Assembly (NCBI GenBank): GCA_026770705.1
Contig: JANJGN010000052.1
Location: 1,736,001-1,800,000, forward strand
Direction of reading: 5' to 3'
DNA from: Isurus oxyrinchus
Lineage: Eukaryota
Length of the DNA stretch: 64,000 nt
Shown here: piece by piece, positions 1 through 12,469 of the stretch
How the letters are laid out: every line of letters begins with the position of its first letter
How positions within the stretch are numbered: position 1 is the stretch's first letter
Program-made: the position numbers and the translations under genes
The notes under the pieces: model-generated
What the model was told of the DNA's origin: nothing
Database searches by the model: none
Seen by the model: only the letters and a program-made list of their open reading frames with translations

Positions 1-94
1 CCACAATTTAAATGAAGTGCGTCAGGAGTTGGGGGTATGTGTGGAGGGGGTGATGGGGGGTGGATGGGGTGGAGTTATGTCCACTTTCCTGGGG

Positions 95-300
95 CAAACA
101 TTTATCCCTCAACTGACATTGGTAAAAAACTGAAAATCAGGGCCATTATCACATTTCTGTTTGTGGGATCTTGCTGTGCGTGAATTGCCTGCTGCGTTTC
201 CTACATTACAGCGGTGAGCTCACTTCAGAAAAAGTCCTTCCTTCAGCTGTGGAACACTTTGGGCCATCCCGAGGAGGGGAAAGGCGCTATAGAAATGCGC
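95..300 (+). mobile_element. SINE 3' portion (elasmobranch-type, tail ending GAAAGGCGCTATAGAAATGC)
   Basis: Same sequence recurs at ~10680-10860, and related tails occur at ~22280-22320 (minus) and ~32580-32630. Family assignment is from recall only. Confidence 0.5.
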
Positions 301-387
301 CATCCTCCTTCCAATGACGCGCCTGATTGAAATGATGCCTTCTTTCTTTCCGGAATGTTCTCACCTATTGTCCTCCTGCTTTTCCAG

Positions 388-504
388 GGCTCCTTGCTGC
401 AGCGCCAGAAGAGAATGAGCAGACAGCGGCCCTGCAGATTCTGCTGTCACTGCTGTAATTGGAGAGAACCAAATGAGACTTGTGGTATCTGCTGTAGATA
501 TTAG
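388..504 (+). CDS. HAMP: Hepcidin, last coding exon (end of propeptide plus mature peptide): GSLLQRQKR|MSRQRPCRFCCHCCNWREPNETCGICCRY*
   Basis: Polypyrimidine tract and AG at 386-387; phase-0 exon; furin site RQKR; 8 Cys in the hepcidin pattern C-x2-CC-x-CC-xn-C-G-x-CC; TAG at 502-504. Earlier exons lie outside the window. Confidence 0.92.
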   Translation, partial: GSLLQRQKRMSRQRPCRFCCHCCNWREPNETCGICCRY

Positions 505-825
505 ACCCTGGCCTCATTCACGCAAGGTCATCCTGCACCATGCCACAGCCTCTCCCCTCCTTATCTACTGCTTAGCAATCTATTTAACACAGGCCCTGTT
601 CATTAATTCCAACTGAAACTTTACCTGTGTTTTACAGCAGGGAAAGAAGCCATTTGGCCCATCTGCTCCATGCTGGTGTTTCTGCTCCACACGAGTCTCC
701 GCCCACGCCTTCTCCATCTCACCCCATCACCATATCCTTCTATTCATTTCTCCCTCATGTGTTTATCCAGCTTCCCCTTAAATACATCGACACTATTCAC
801 CTCACGTGACTGTGTTTGTGTCTGT

Positions 826-1150
826 CTTTATGAGCGTGTGTGTGTGTGTGTGTGTGTGTGTGACTGTCAATATGTGTGTGTCAATGTGAATGAGTGAGTG
901 TGTCAGTGTGTCTGTGTGTGTGTGTGTGACTGTCAATATGTGTGTGTCAATGTGAATGAGTGAGTGTGTCAGTGTGTCTGTGTGGGTGTGTGTGACTGTG
1001 TCAGTGTGTGTCAATGTGAATGAGTGAGTGTGTCAGTGTGTCTGTGTGGGTGTGTGTGACTGTGTCAGTGTGTGTCAATGTGAATGAGTGAGTGTGTCAG
1101 TGTGTCTGTGTGGGTGTGGGTGTGTGAGTGTGCAAGTGAATGTGTGAGGA
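826..1150. repeat. (TG)n-rich micro/minisatellite
   Basis: Repeating tgtgtgtcaatgtgaatgagtgagtgtgtcagtgtgtc units. Confidence 0.9.
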
Positions 1151-2974
1151 ATCTTATGACTAAGTCATTTGAATGGATGTTACTGGGGTTAATGATAGTT
1201 AAAATTCAGAGAGATGTAAAGCGGGCTCCTGATTTTGCTGCTTTATGCTCCCGGGCACAGATTCACCCCGACAATGTGTTCATGATTCACCATTATCTTG
1301 TCGGGACTTTAATTGTAAATATTGTGCTTTGTAAAAAAAAAATGAATAAACAACTTTTGTCTTCACAAAGTGTCTGGCTTGGTATTTCAGGCTACTTGTC
1401 TCTCCCTCACCCTCCCCCCCCACCATGCCCCCCACACCAGGGAACAATTGTCCCCCCTTCCTCTGAAGTTCTGGGTAAAGATCAGCTTTGTTCAATGCAA
1501 GCTGTTCCGACATCGAGAACGTTGTTACAAATATCTCACAAAGGGCACACGCCATGATAGCCCACTTTCAACAGATTTTACCAGTTGACCAGGTTGAAAA
1601 CCTTTTCATAAACCACAACGTAGGTGTTCAATTCTTGCTGCTGTTTGCTTAATGTTCTCATAACTGCTATAACCTCTCTAGTTCCACTACATAACAACAC
1701 CAACATAAATAAACAGAAGCAGGAGTAGGCCTTTTGGCCTCCCAAGCCAGCTTGTCCATTCAATTTGAACCTGGCTCCTGCTGAAAGTTATTTAAGTTGA
1801 AGCGATAAAGCCATCAGGTGCAGGGATTAAAATGTAAGCAAAGGAAAAATAATACTTAGACATGAGATTTAAAATCAGTTTCTGTGAAGAATCATACTGA
1901 GGCCATTCTTTCCAGAGTGAAGGGTTTAAAACTAGGAGTCACATTCAGCAGCTGCGTTGTCTTCTCTAGTTGACTATTTGGAGGTTGCCTGTAGATGTGA
2001 ATCAGCAGGTCAGCAGCTTTGGGGAGTGAGTGAAGGTCCCATTTATTTACAGGATCTGCCACAGGGTGTGCAGGAATATTCCTGCTGAATTCTCCATCCT
2101 TGCATTCATGAAGGGTTGGAAACTGGAAGTCATATTCAGCAGCTGCAATGGCCTCTGTAGCCAACTGTCTGGAGGTTGCCTGTACAGGTGGACTCAGCAG
2201 GTCAACAGCTTTGTAGGGCGGGGGGGTGCATGGGTAGTAAAGGTCCCTTTACTTTAAAGGCTCTGCCAGTGCAACACTTGATGATCCTGGGTCAAAACCA
2301 TGTATCACCCTCCCCAACAGCACTGTGGATGTGCCCTATGGAGGTTCCTTGGCTTCGACAAGCAGCCTACCAGCTCTGCTCTCAATTCCACTTCGCACTT
2401 GCTTCCTTGCTCCTCTGGTCTTTACTTTGTTATAGTGTTAGTGTCCGCTCTGCCTTTTTTGTTGCTTTCCCAATTCTTCCCACCAACTCTCTCTGGCTTG
2501 ATCCTTCTCTGTGCTCATCTCATTGGTTTGGGTTTCTATCCGTTCATTGACCTGGTGTAATCTGAAACTGGTGCAATCAGGTAGGGGTGGGGGGGTTGGC
2601 GCTGGCCGTGGGTGGTGATACACGGCTACCTTTTTACCAAAATTCTTTCACGGGATGTGGACAGCGTTTGTTACCTGTTCCTGACTGACCCCTTGAGAAG
2701 GGGGTGCTGAGCTGCCTTTTCGAAGTGCTGCAGTTCGCCTGGTTTGACTGGTCTGTGGCGGGTTTTGATATAACTCAGTGGCTTGCTCGGCCATTTCAGG
2801 GGCCAGTTAAGAGTCAACCACATTGCTGTGGGTCAGGAGTCACACGTAGGCCAGAATGGGTAAGGACGGCAGGTTTCCTTCCCCAAAGGGCATTAGTGAC
2901 CCAGATGGGTTTTTGCAACAATTGGCCTTAGTTTCATGGTCACCATTACTGAGACTAGCTTCGCATTCCAGATG

Positions 2975-4930
2975 TCACATCCAGTCGTGGACAATTAAAC
3001 AACTCACTGGAGGAGGAGGCTCCACAAATATCCCCATCCTCAATGATGGAGGAGCCCAGCACATCGGTGCAAAAGACAAGACTGAAGCATGCGCAACAAT
3101 CTTCAGCCAGAAGTGCTGAGTGGGTGATCCATCTCGGCCTCCTCCGGAGGTCCCCAGCATCAGAGATGCCAATCTTTAGCCAATTCGACTAATTCCACGT
3201 GACATCAAGAAAGGGCTGAAGGCACTGGATATTGCAAAGGCTCCAGGCCCTGACAATATTCTGGCAATAGTACTGAAGACTTGTGCTCCAGAACTTGCTG
3301 CGCCCCTAGCCAAGCTTTTCTGGAATTTTCTAGTACAGCTGCAACACTGGCAACTACCCGGCTATGGGGTACGTCCTGTACACAAAAAGCAGGACAAATC
3401 CAACCCAGCCAATTCCCCAGCGGTCTATTCTTGATCATTACTAAAGTGATGGAAGGGGTCATCAACAGCGCTTGCAAGCAGCACCTGCTTAGCAAGAACC
3501 TGCTCACTGACGCTCAGTTTGTGTTCCACCAGGATCATTCAGCTCCTGCCCTCATTACAGCCTTGGTTCAAACATGCACAAATGAGCTGAACTCCAGAGG
3601 TGAGAGGGACTGCCCTTGACATCAAGGCAGCATTTGACTGAGTGTGGCAAATCAAGGAGCCCGAGCAAAACTGGAGTCAATGGGAATCGGGGGAAAACTC
3701 TCCGCTGCTTGGAGTCATACCCAGCACAAAGGACGATGGTTGTGATTATTGGGGGTCAATCATCTCAGTTCCAGGACATCACTGCAGGAGTTACTCAGGG
3801 TAGTGTCCTAGGCTCAAACATCTTCAACTGCTTCATCAATGACCTTCCTTCCATCATAAGGTCAGAAGTGGGGATGTTTGCTGATGTTTGCACAATGTTC
3901 AGCACCATTCACGGCTCCTCAGATACTGAAGCAAGTTATGTCCAAATGCAGCAAGACCTGGACAACATCCAGGCTTGGGCTGACAGGTGACAAGTAACAT
4001 TCATGCCACACAAGTACCAGGCACTGACCAGCTCCAACAAGAGAGAATCTCATTGAAGGTGCAGAAAATTTGGATTTATGTTCAAGAGCCAGCCAGGACC
4101 AGCAGCTAGGGCGCCAAAGCGTACACATCCTTACGTGAAAACTTAAAAACCTGTACTAAGGGCTCAGTTGGAAATTTGCAATGAGGAAATGGGAGACACA
4201 CACACAAGGACACAGGGTGACTCAATCAAGAAATGGGGAAGGTTATTTCACACCCTCCGATGGCCTTGAACCACATCCAGTCAGCCCTCAGAAACCTTTT
4301 GTATCGAACAAACATAGATTCTTTGCTGTCTCAAAAGGACAATAGCCAGTCTCTGCCCTGTAATTACTGAACAAGAACACAATTATCAGCCCACCGGGGG
4401 GTCATTGTGCTGTGGCCTTTGTCTAACTAATACCATTACCTTGTAACTGAGAGTAAAAAATATATAAACTGTGCTCATTTGAACCTCGGTGGAGAAGTGC
4501 CTGGACTGCCCAGCGTTTGCTCCCCACATGCCTAATAAAGGAACCACTTGAATATTGCATCTGGAGTCCGAGTGTTGAAATTTTGTACCAGAATATTCCA
4601 CAGACCATTCATAACCATTGCCCCTTGGCATTCAATGGCATTACCATCAATGAATCCCCCAATATCAACATCCTGGGAGTTATCATTGAGCAGAAACTGA
4701 ACTGGACCAGCCATATAAACACTGTGGCTGCAAGAGCAGGTCAGAGGCTCAGAATCCTGCAGACAGTATCTCACCTCCTGACTCCCCAAAGCCTGTCCAC
4801 CATCTACAACGCACAAGTCAGGAGTGTGATGGAATACTCTCCACATGCCTGGATGAGTGCAGCTCCAACAACACTCAAGAAGCTCGACCCCATCCAGGAC
4901 AAAGCAGCCCGATTGATTGGCTCCCCTTCC
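2975..4930 (+). mobile_element. Degenerate non-LTR retrotransposon (LINE) ORF2 reverse transcriptase, interrupted by a solo LTR
   Basis: GVTQGSVLG...FINDL...GMFADVC and ILGVIIEQKLNWTSHI...YNAQVRSVMEYS motifs across frameshifted ORFs; same family at 45990-46443 and 50145-50890. Confidence 0.85.
4054..4611 (+). mobile_element. Solo LTR-like insertion inside the LINE
   Basis: Splits the LINE sequence gagaatct|aaccat, which is intact at ~50150; TGAA...TTCA ends; TATATAAA at ~4461; AATAAA at ~4534. Confidence 0.65.
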
Positions 4931-5090
4931 ACAGAGCTAGATAGATTCTTGATTAACAAGAGGGTGAAAGGTCATTGGGGGTAGGCAGGAATGTGAGGTT
5001 GAGGTGACAATCAGATCAGCCATGATCTTACTGAATGGCGGAGCAGGTTCGAGGGACTGAGTGACCTACTCCTGATCCTAACTCAGATAT
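4931..5090 (+). mobile_element. CR1 LINE 3' end
   Basis: agatcagccatgatctt...gaatggcggagcagg...cctactcctg tail, also seen at ~12330-12390 and ~63620-63690. Confidence 0.7.
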
Positions 5091-6427
5091 CCATATGTTC
5101 TCAAAGGCAATTGGGGATGGGCAACAAATACTGGCCTAGCCAGCGACACCAACATCCCTGAAATGAATAAGAAAAAAATGTATCAATCAATTAAATTTAT
5201 TGATTAATGGAATTGAAATTCCTCCAGCTGCCATGGTGGGATTTGAACCCGTGCCTTCAAAGTATTCACCTGGGCCTCTAGATCACTGGCCTAGTGCCAT
5301 TCCCATTGTGCGACTGTCTGCTATCATCATGGCTCTTTCACATCGATGTGGAAGTCCTGATAACAGAAGCATTGGACGAGGTACAGAAAGGTGACAAATC
5401 AGGAGCTCCATTGCTCAATATGAACGGATAATAAAGATAAATGAACATAAACCTTCCAGTCGCTAATTAGGGAGTCACTGTGGAGCCCATGAGTCCCTCG
5501 CAGCGCTATTGCAACCTTCTGGATCCCCAGTAGGGGACTCGGGGTGCAGCTGTGTCTTCCTCATCATTTGGAAAAGCCGGAATTGTTCGGGTGCCCCTTC
5601 AAACAGGCCGAAGATGCAGTGGGTGATGTCTCCCACAGGCCCTGGGAGACCTCCCCTGCCAATTTGTTTTGTAGCTTATTCTTCAACTGCGACATTGGAT
5701 CAGCTTGAAAAAGGGTGAGGCTGAGGCAATACCACCAGGTAAGCTTCTATCCCCTCCCACTTCACCCCCCCACCCCCGTAACCATCACAGTCCCTCCCAT
5801 CGTGCTGGAGGAGCATAATGTGCACATTCCCCTCCTTCCAATCAGTTTCCTCCCTTCCTCTCTAATCCTTGATCTTATTGTGTTCGGGGTTGACATCCCA
5901 GTCCTCCTCCCTAGACTGTCTGATGTTGACATCCCAATGCCCCATGTAGACCTGACCTCTCTCCAACTAGAGGCCCATTGTACTGTGACTTACAGAGACC
6001 ACCGGCCCCCCTTGATTCCCACCCCCACCCCTACTCTCTATATTACCTGCTCCCCACTGACCGGCTGCAGATGCCTCCCCTGACTGGGATTGTGCCACCT
6101 GCGGCCTAGTATCAAGCCACCCACCCCCAGGACCGACGTGTGTGAGGGACTGACCACGTCACTCACACCATGCTGGGCACCACCAACCCAGGACTGCCAG
6201 GCTGTCCCCACCACACTGGACTGGGACTAGAATAGGCATGCCAAGCACAGCTCTCTAAATCGTGGCGCAGACCCACAGCACTCGCAATGTTTTGTGGCCC
6301 GATTCCTTGCTGAGGAACTGCCCAGCACTAAAAGCAAAAAAACTGCAGATGCTGGAAATTCAAAACAAAAACAGAAACAGAAATACGTGGAAAAACTCAG
6401 CAGGTCTGGCAGCATCGGCGGAGAAGA

Positions 6428-6878
6428 ACTGAGGTAGTGCGGCACTGTCGGAGGTTCAGTACTGAGGGAGTGCTGCACTGTCGGAGGGTTTGAACTGAGG
6501 GAGTGCTGCACTGTCGGAGGCTCTGAATTGAGGGAGTGCTGCACTGTCGGAGGGTTTGAACTGAGGGAGTGCTGCACTGTCGGAGGCTCTGAAATGAGGG
6601 AGAGCTGCACTGTCGGAGGCTCTGAAATGAGGGAGTGCTGCACTGTCGGAGGGTCTGAAATGAGGGAGTGCTGCACTGTCGGAGGCTCTGAAATGAGGGA
6701 GTGCTGCACTGTCGGAGGGTTTGAACTGAGGGAGTGCTGCACTGTCGGAGGGTATGAACTGAGAGAGAGCTGCACTGTCGGAGGGTTTGAACTGAGGGAG
6801 TGCTGCACTGTAGGAGGGTCTGAACTGAGGGAGTGCTGCACTGTTGGAGGGTCAGGACTGAGGGAGTGCTGCGCTGTC
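6428..6878. repeat. 33-bp minisatellite (actgagggagtgctgcactgtcggagggtcagt family)
   Basis: About 13 tandem units; source of spurious ORFs with an 11-aa period. Confidence 0.95.
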
Positions 6879-7582
6879 TAAAGAACATTGTACAAATTGC
6901 ACAAAATTGCATCTGATGCCTGTGTCTCATGCTAACATGAAGTTCATGCACACAACAGGAATATTTCTCGCTGTTTCTCTGCAGCAAGACAGCTTTGATA
7001 TCACACCACCCACTGGCAAGTGTGTGCAGCTACAATGTGACATGTTTACATTGGAAATTTCTATTATAAAGATGGACAGAGGAATTCATCTGATTGGAAA
7101 ACGTGACAACATGAAGTAATGTCTTTGAGCCAAGTATTTTGCAGCAAAACAAGAATTTTAATCTTTAAATATCTACAGAACAGGCTGAGCATTTTAATCA
7201 CTTGTGTTAATCAATGTAATTTTATTCATAACCCAAATGCTTCTTACAATCTATCGCAGCATGAAAAAGGTGCAGCATTCAGAAAGCACATTCCAATCAG
7301 AGAACAGAGTTTAGCAACGTCACATTTCTGTTCATTCCTATTCGACCATGTTGGCTGCACACAGCCAGACAATGCCGTGGTTATGATGTGTCCACACAGC
7401 AGGACTGGGGAGCACCAGGTATAAGGAAAAGTTTCAGCTTGCTGAGGAGAAGAAGGAGAATCTCTCGTTCCAGGTTTCTCTCCGTACATTAAGAAGCAGG
7501 CATGTCGATGTTTCATTGCACTCTGTCTGCTGATGGGAGTCCGCTTGGAAATTGCTGTTTGTGCTGATGGAAAGAATAAGCT

Positions 7583-8180
7583 TTTCATAAATCGAGGGAA
7601 TGAGTACAAACACAGGGAGGTTATGCTGAACATTTATAAAGCTCTGGTTAGGTCACAACTAGAGTATTGTGTCCAGTTCTGGTCTCCTCACTTTGGGAAG
7701 GAAGTGAGGGTCCTTGAGAGGGTGGGGAGGAGATTGAGCAGAATGGGTCCAGGGATGAGGGATTTTAGCTACAAGGTTGGGTTGGAGAAGCTGGGGTTGT
7801 TCTCCTTGGAGCAAAGGAGATTGAGGGGGGATCTGATCGAGGTGTACAAGATGATGATGGGTTTAGATAATGTAGACAAAGAGAAGCTGTTGCCATTAGC
7901 TGATGGGACAAGGACTGGGGGACACAGATTGAAGGTTTTGGGCAGAGGGGGGATGTGAGAAGGAACTTTTTTACACAGCGAGTGGTAATGAGCTGGAACT
8001 CGCTGCCTACGAGGATGGTGGAAGTGGAGACAATGAACGATTTCAAACAGAAATTGGACGGACACTTGGAAATAAACTCACAGGGATACGGAGATAGAGC
8101 GGGGGAATGGGACTGACTGGATTGCTCTACAGAGAGACAGCATGGTCTCAATGGGCCAAATGTCCTCCTCCATTGCTGCA
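7583..8180 (+). mobile_element. CR1 LINE 3' fragment
   Basis: YKALVRSQLEYCVQFWSPH...LGLFSLEQRRLRGDLIEVYK...RTGGHRLK, typical of the CR1 ORF2 C-terminus. Confidence 0.9.
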
Positions 8181-8299
8181 ATAACTCGATGATACGGAGA
8201 TGATTCTAACCAGGATTCTGACCAGTTTCATTACAACTTAACCCAACATCACACGTTATTTGTCCGCACTGACTGACCAGATTGTTGCTGTACAAAGCT

Positions 8300-8439
8300 T
8301 CAAACAGTCTGTCGACTTCCTTTCACTGTTTGTCTCTCCCAGACACAGACTCCAGCGATAGTGATAACCACAGCCACAAGGAATATCACAGCTCGTATTC
8401 CCAGGATCAGGATCACATGCAGAATCTCTCCTCCACTGT
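8300..8439 (-). CDS. Gene A terminal TM exon: (H)SGGEILHVILILGIRAVIFLVAVVITIAGVCVWERQTVKGSRQTV*
   Basis: Acceptor ttctttctgtgtgctctctag; phase 1 matches the upstream Ig exons; long hydrophobic segment with one Arg; TGA at 8300-8302; no Tyr in the tail. Not in the ORF track. Confidence 0.8.
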
Positions 8440-9557
8440 CTAGAGAGCACACAGAAAGAAATCATCACTGACTCTCTGCTTTCAATCTCTCACTCTGGCT
8501 GAACAATCAAGCTTCATATCACTGCAACATTTGCTGTAATATTGACCCATCCACTGGGATTCAATGTGGAATGAATGTTTTCATTGTAAACACTCGAAGA
8601 GTGGACAATCGGAACTTTCCCCTTAGCGTGGAACATTGGTGAGAATGGATCATTGTGCTGTTGGACTCCCTGTCCAATGTTTCTCTCCATCGCTGTGTAC
8701 AGGATTGTGCTGTAGAAAATTCTGGAAACGTTTAGTGCAGGGTGGAAATCCATCTCGGACGTGTGTGCGAATCGGGCAGGATCGAGATGGACTCCCCCAC
8801 GGACTTACAACCCCCGCTTAATAAACAGTTCCAATCTTTACCCAGAGAGAGAGGAGAATGTGGAACTCGCTCCCACAGGGAGTGGTCGAGGTGAATAGTA
8901 GCAAATTAGGATGGGAAATTGCTTGAAAAGCTAGGAGATGCAAGGGTTAAGTGCTACCGTGCCACCACTGGTGGGAGAGTGTAACTACAGCGTGACGTTT
9001 ACATAGGCAATCCCCATTATGAACTTGGACATTGGACATCATGTGCAAAATGGGCTCTGGAAAGGTGAGAACATGATGTAAGCTTTTCACCAACAGAAAT
9101 TCCTTCGTAAACCTCTCCATCTCTCTCTTACTGTCAGATACTCAAACAACATTTCACACAGAATTACATAAGGAGGAGTTGGGACAGGTGACTGGTCAAA
9201 GGGTTAGATTTCAGGAAGCTTTTTAAAGGAGGATAGAGAGTTAGAGAGGCAGAGAGTATCTGTGAGAATCTCTGTGCATCTGGGTGTCTAATAGACTTTG
9301 CAATTTCCGCATTCTTCCATAAACTTGAAAGGGAATACAACTCCCAGAATCCATGTCAACTCTCCGGTGCAGCACTGAGGGAGGTCAGGTAACCCACGGG
9401 GGAGAATGTGTTAGTGTGTTTGTTTGTGAGTGTGTCCTTTTGTGTGCTCATACATGTGGGATTGTGTGTCTGCACGTGTCTATTTAGGTTTGTATAATTG
9501 TCTGTGTTTGTGTAGTGTTTGAATCTGAGAGAGCTGTTGAAGTCTGTGTACACTCAC

Positions 9558-9737
9558 GTTCCACAGTGATGGTTATGAACCCCTCCACTGCTCCATGTTC
9601 ATTCTCTGCCACACACTGATAGTCTCCAGTGTCCCTGGATGTAACGTGAGGAATCACCAACCACAGCTCATTGTTGGAACTTGTTCTGTTCATTGTGATA
9701 TTCAGATGTCAGGGCAGGACTCAACATGACAGATCAC
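9558..9737 (-). pseudogene. Gene A degenerate membrane-proximal Ig (C2/I-set) exon remnant
   Basis: ICHVESCP, frameshift, then HLNITMNRTSSNNELWLVIPHVTSRDTGDYQCVAENEHGAVEGFITITVE with a GTGAGT donor; DTGDYQC F-strand motif; C-strand Trp region missing and no recognisable 5' part. Confidence 0.75.
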
Positions 9738-10033
9738 AGGTTTACCAACAGGAAGTGAACAACAATTTATATTTAATGGGAAGAGAGTGCTGATTGATTG
9801 GCAAGTGGTCTCTGATTGGAGGCGGTGTTGCCATGGAAAATAATGTGTGCGAGCTGTAAAGTTTAGGCAGATTGTCTCTTCATTCAGCAATAATCAAATA
9901 AAGATCAGTTAACTTCTATCGACTGTGAAGCACTTTGAGAGGTCTGAGAATGTAGATACTGAGAACGGGCTGCACTGTCAGAGGGTCAGCGCTGAGGGAG
10001 TGCTGATGTAGAATGAAAGGTGTCGGTACTTAC

Positions 10034-10330
10034 CTTACACAGTTAGTATGAGGGTCCGCTCCGATGAAACAGATGGATATCTCACTCTGCAGCTGAGAGT
10101 GTGTCCGTGGTGTTGGAGTGATGGGATCAGGGTCAGAACAGAAGTATAGGTCAGAGTGACACCATGCTGAGTTACAGTGTTTGAGACTGATCCAGGTACA
10201 TCAGTGGCAGTGTCCCAGGTTAAGACAGGTGCTGCTGTTCCATTGCACGTTGTGTTGAAGGTGCAGCTTACATCCATACGCTTTCCTGCAATAATTTCAG
10301 CAGGGAATATCATGGGTTTATCTGTGAAAT
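10034..10330 (-). CDS. Gene A Siglec C2-set exon, ending in a premature TAA
   Basis: DFTDKPMIFPAEIIAGKRMDVSCTFNTTCNGTAAPVLTW...LSCRVRYP...LTV*; 297 nt, phase 1-1; paralogues read CAA (Gln) at the stop position. Confidence 0.9.
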
Positions 10331-11143
10331 CTAACAGACAGAGAATGGATCCTTTTGGAGAAATATAACGTGAAACATCAGTTCAAATAGAAACCACAGT
10401 CCCACAAGAGAAAGCACTTTTACAAGGATGATATCAGAACTGAGAGATTACAACGATCAGGAGAGAATTTCCTATTTTCAGACTTAGTGGATTTTCTGTC
10501 TCTCAGATGAATTCACTTCCACTTTGAGACAATTGAACTGACAATCCCAGGTGAGGGTGGGGGAGCAGCTCACAGTTCCTGACACACTGGCTTGTTACTT
10601 TCTCTGAAATCTGCCAGATTTAAATTCTATCCTGTTCCCAGCAGGAGAGAATCCATTTGAACCAATCACTGAACCGGCATCTAAAACAGATGATCAGGTT
10701 ATTGATCACATTGCTGTTTCTGGGAGCTTCCTGTGAATAAATTGGCTGCTGTGTGTCCCATATTACAACAAGGGCAACATTTCAAGAATTATTTCATTGG
10801 TTGTGAAACCATTTGCAACGTACAGAGGTGTTGAAAGGCGCTATAGAAATGCGAATCTTTCTTTTGTCGATATGGAAAACTGTCAAACAGGGTTAGGGAG
10901 ATCGATGGGAGTGGATAACCTGATAACATTGATGGACACAGTCAATACTTTTAATCATTGATATTAAAATGAGTATTAGAGGTTGCTTTAGGACTGAACT
11001 GGAAGCTATCACCAGGTTATTGAGAATCAGACAGTGTGCTATAATAAGCTGTGTTTTGTGTTAATATGTAAACGTCACAGTTTGCGTTATTTCCCATTGA
11101 GTGTTGAATGTGAATTGTTGAGTAATTATAACACAGCACTTAC

Positions 11144-11512
11144 CAGAAACGTGAAGCTGGGTTACAGGGTAATAGTTATGGCTCGGACCATTGTCAAATT
11201 CTATCCTGAAAAAATAAGGTCCTGCATCTTCCCGTCTGATGTTGTTTATAATCAGGGAACAGTCGCCATCTTTCAGGTTTCCAGACAGCCAGGTCCGATG
11301 GTGGAACCGTGGTAACTCGTGACTGTGATCCTTGGAGTGAAAGGCAATGGGAGCCCAGGGAATCTGTTTCTCATTATTAAACCAGAGTCCACCTCGCGGT
11401 TGGTTTTCCAGACACGATGGATAACTGTAATGACAAGGAATCTGTACACACGAACCTTCCTGCGCTGTCACCTCTCGTGGAGTGTCACCGTTCCACTCTT
11501 GTGAGGGTTCAA
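11144..11512 (-). CDS. Gene A Siglec V-set exon V2 (essential Arg present, YFFRIE)
   Basis: AG/GT-flanked 369-nt phase 1-1 exon; EGSCVQIPC, GDCSLIINNIRREDAGPYFFRIE Siglec V-set motifs. Confidence 0.92.
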
Positions 11513-11569
11513 CTGGGGAGAGAAATCTCAATATTTAACTCTGGATGGTTTGTGGATCCACTAGACTCA

Positions 11570-12400
11570 AATTTACAGATGAGGCTGAATTGGGGGGATG
11601 GTCAATACTGAGGAGGACTACAACAAATTATTTTGGCAGGAAGAATAGAAAAACAGGATATTATTTAAATGGAGAGAGGCTGCTGAATGCAGTACAGAGG
11701 GATCTGGGTGTCCTTGTACATGAATCACAGAAAGTCAGCATTCAGGAACACCACGGAATGAGGAAGGCAAGTGGAACGTTGGCCTTTATTGCAAAGGGAT
11801 GGAGTATAAAAGGAGGGAAGTCTTGCAACAGCTGCACAGGGTGAGATTATATCAGGAGCAGTGTGTACAGTTCTGGTCTCCTTACTTAGGGAGGGATAGA
11901 CTCTGCATTGAAGGCAGTTCAGAGGAGGTTCACTGGGCTGATTCCTGGGATTAAAGGGTTTGTCCTGTGAGGAAATGTTGAGCAGGTTGGGCCTGTATCC
12001 ATTGGAGTTTAGAAGAATGAGGGGTGACCTTATAGAAACATATCCGATTCCGAGGGGGCTTGACAGGGTGGATGCTGGGAGGATGTTTCCCCCTCGTGGG
12101 GGAATCTAGAACCAGGGAGCACAGTTTCGGAATGAGGGCTCTCCCATTCAAGACTGAGATGAGGAGGAATTTCCTCTCTCAGAGGGGCGCTAGCCTGTGG
12201 AATTCTCTTCCCCAGAGAGCAGTGGAGGCTGGGCCATTGAATAGACTCAAGGCTGAGTGAGGCAGGTTTTTGATCGACAAGGGAGTCAAGGGTTTGGGGA
12301 ACAGGCAGGAAAATGGAGTTAAGGCCACAACCAGATCAGTAGAGCAGGCTGGAGGGGCCGAATGGCCTGCTCCTGTCCCTATTTCTTATGTTCCTACATT
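11570..12400 (+). mobile_element. CR1 LINE 3' fragment in the V1-V2 intron (mirrored at 40985-41810)
   Basis: QRDLGVLVHESQKVS...LWNSLPQRAVEA motifs and CR1 tail. Confidence 0.85.
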
Positions 12401-12469
12401 CTTACCTTCTTAAAATATTAAAGCTGCAGAATAAACATGCAAGTGACTGACCCGCTCGACCCACCTTCC

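Noticed and set aside
5400-6330. C-rich region with a 122-aa Pro/Leu-rich ORF
   Set aside because: No recognisable domain or convincing splice structure; probably a decayed repeat.
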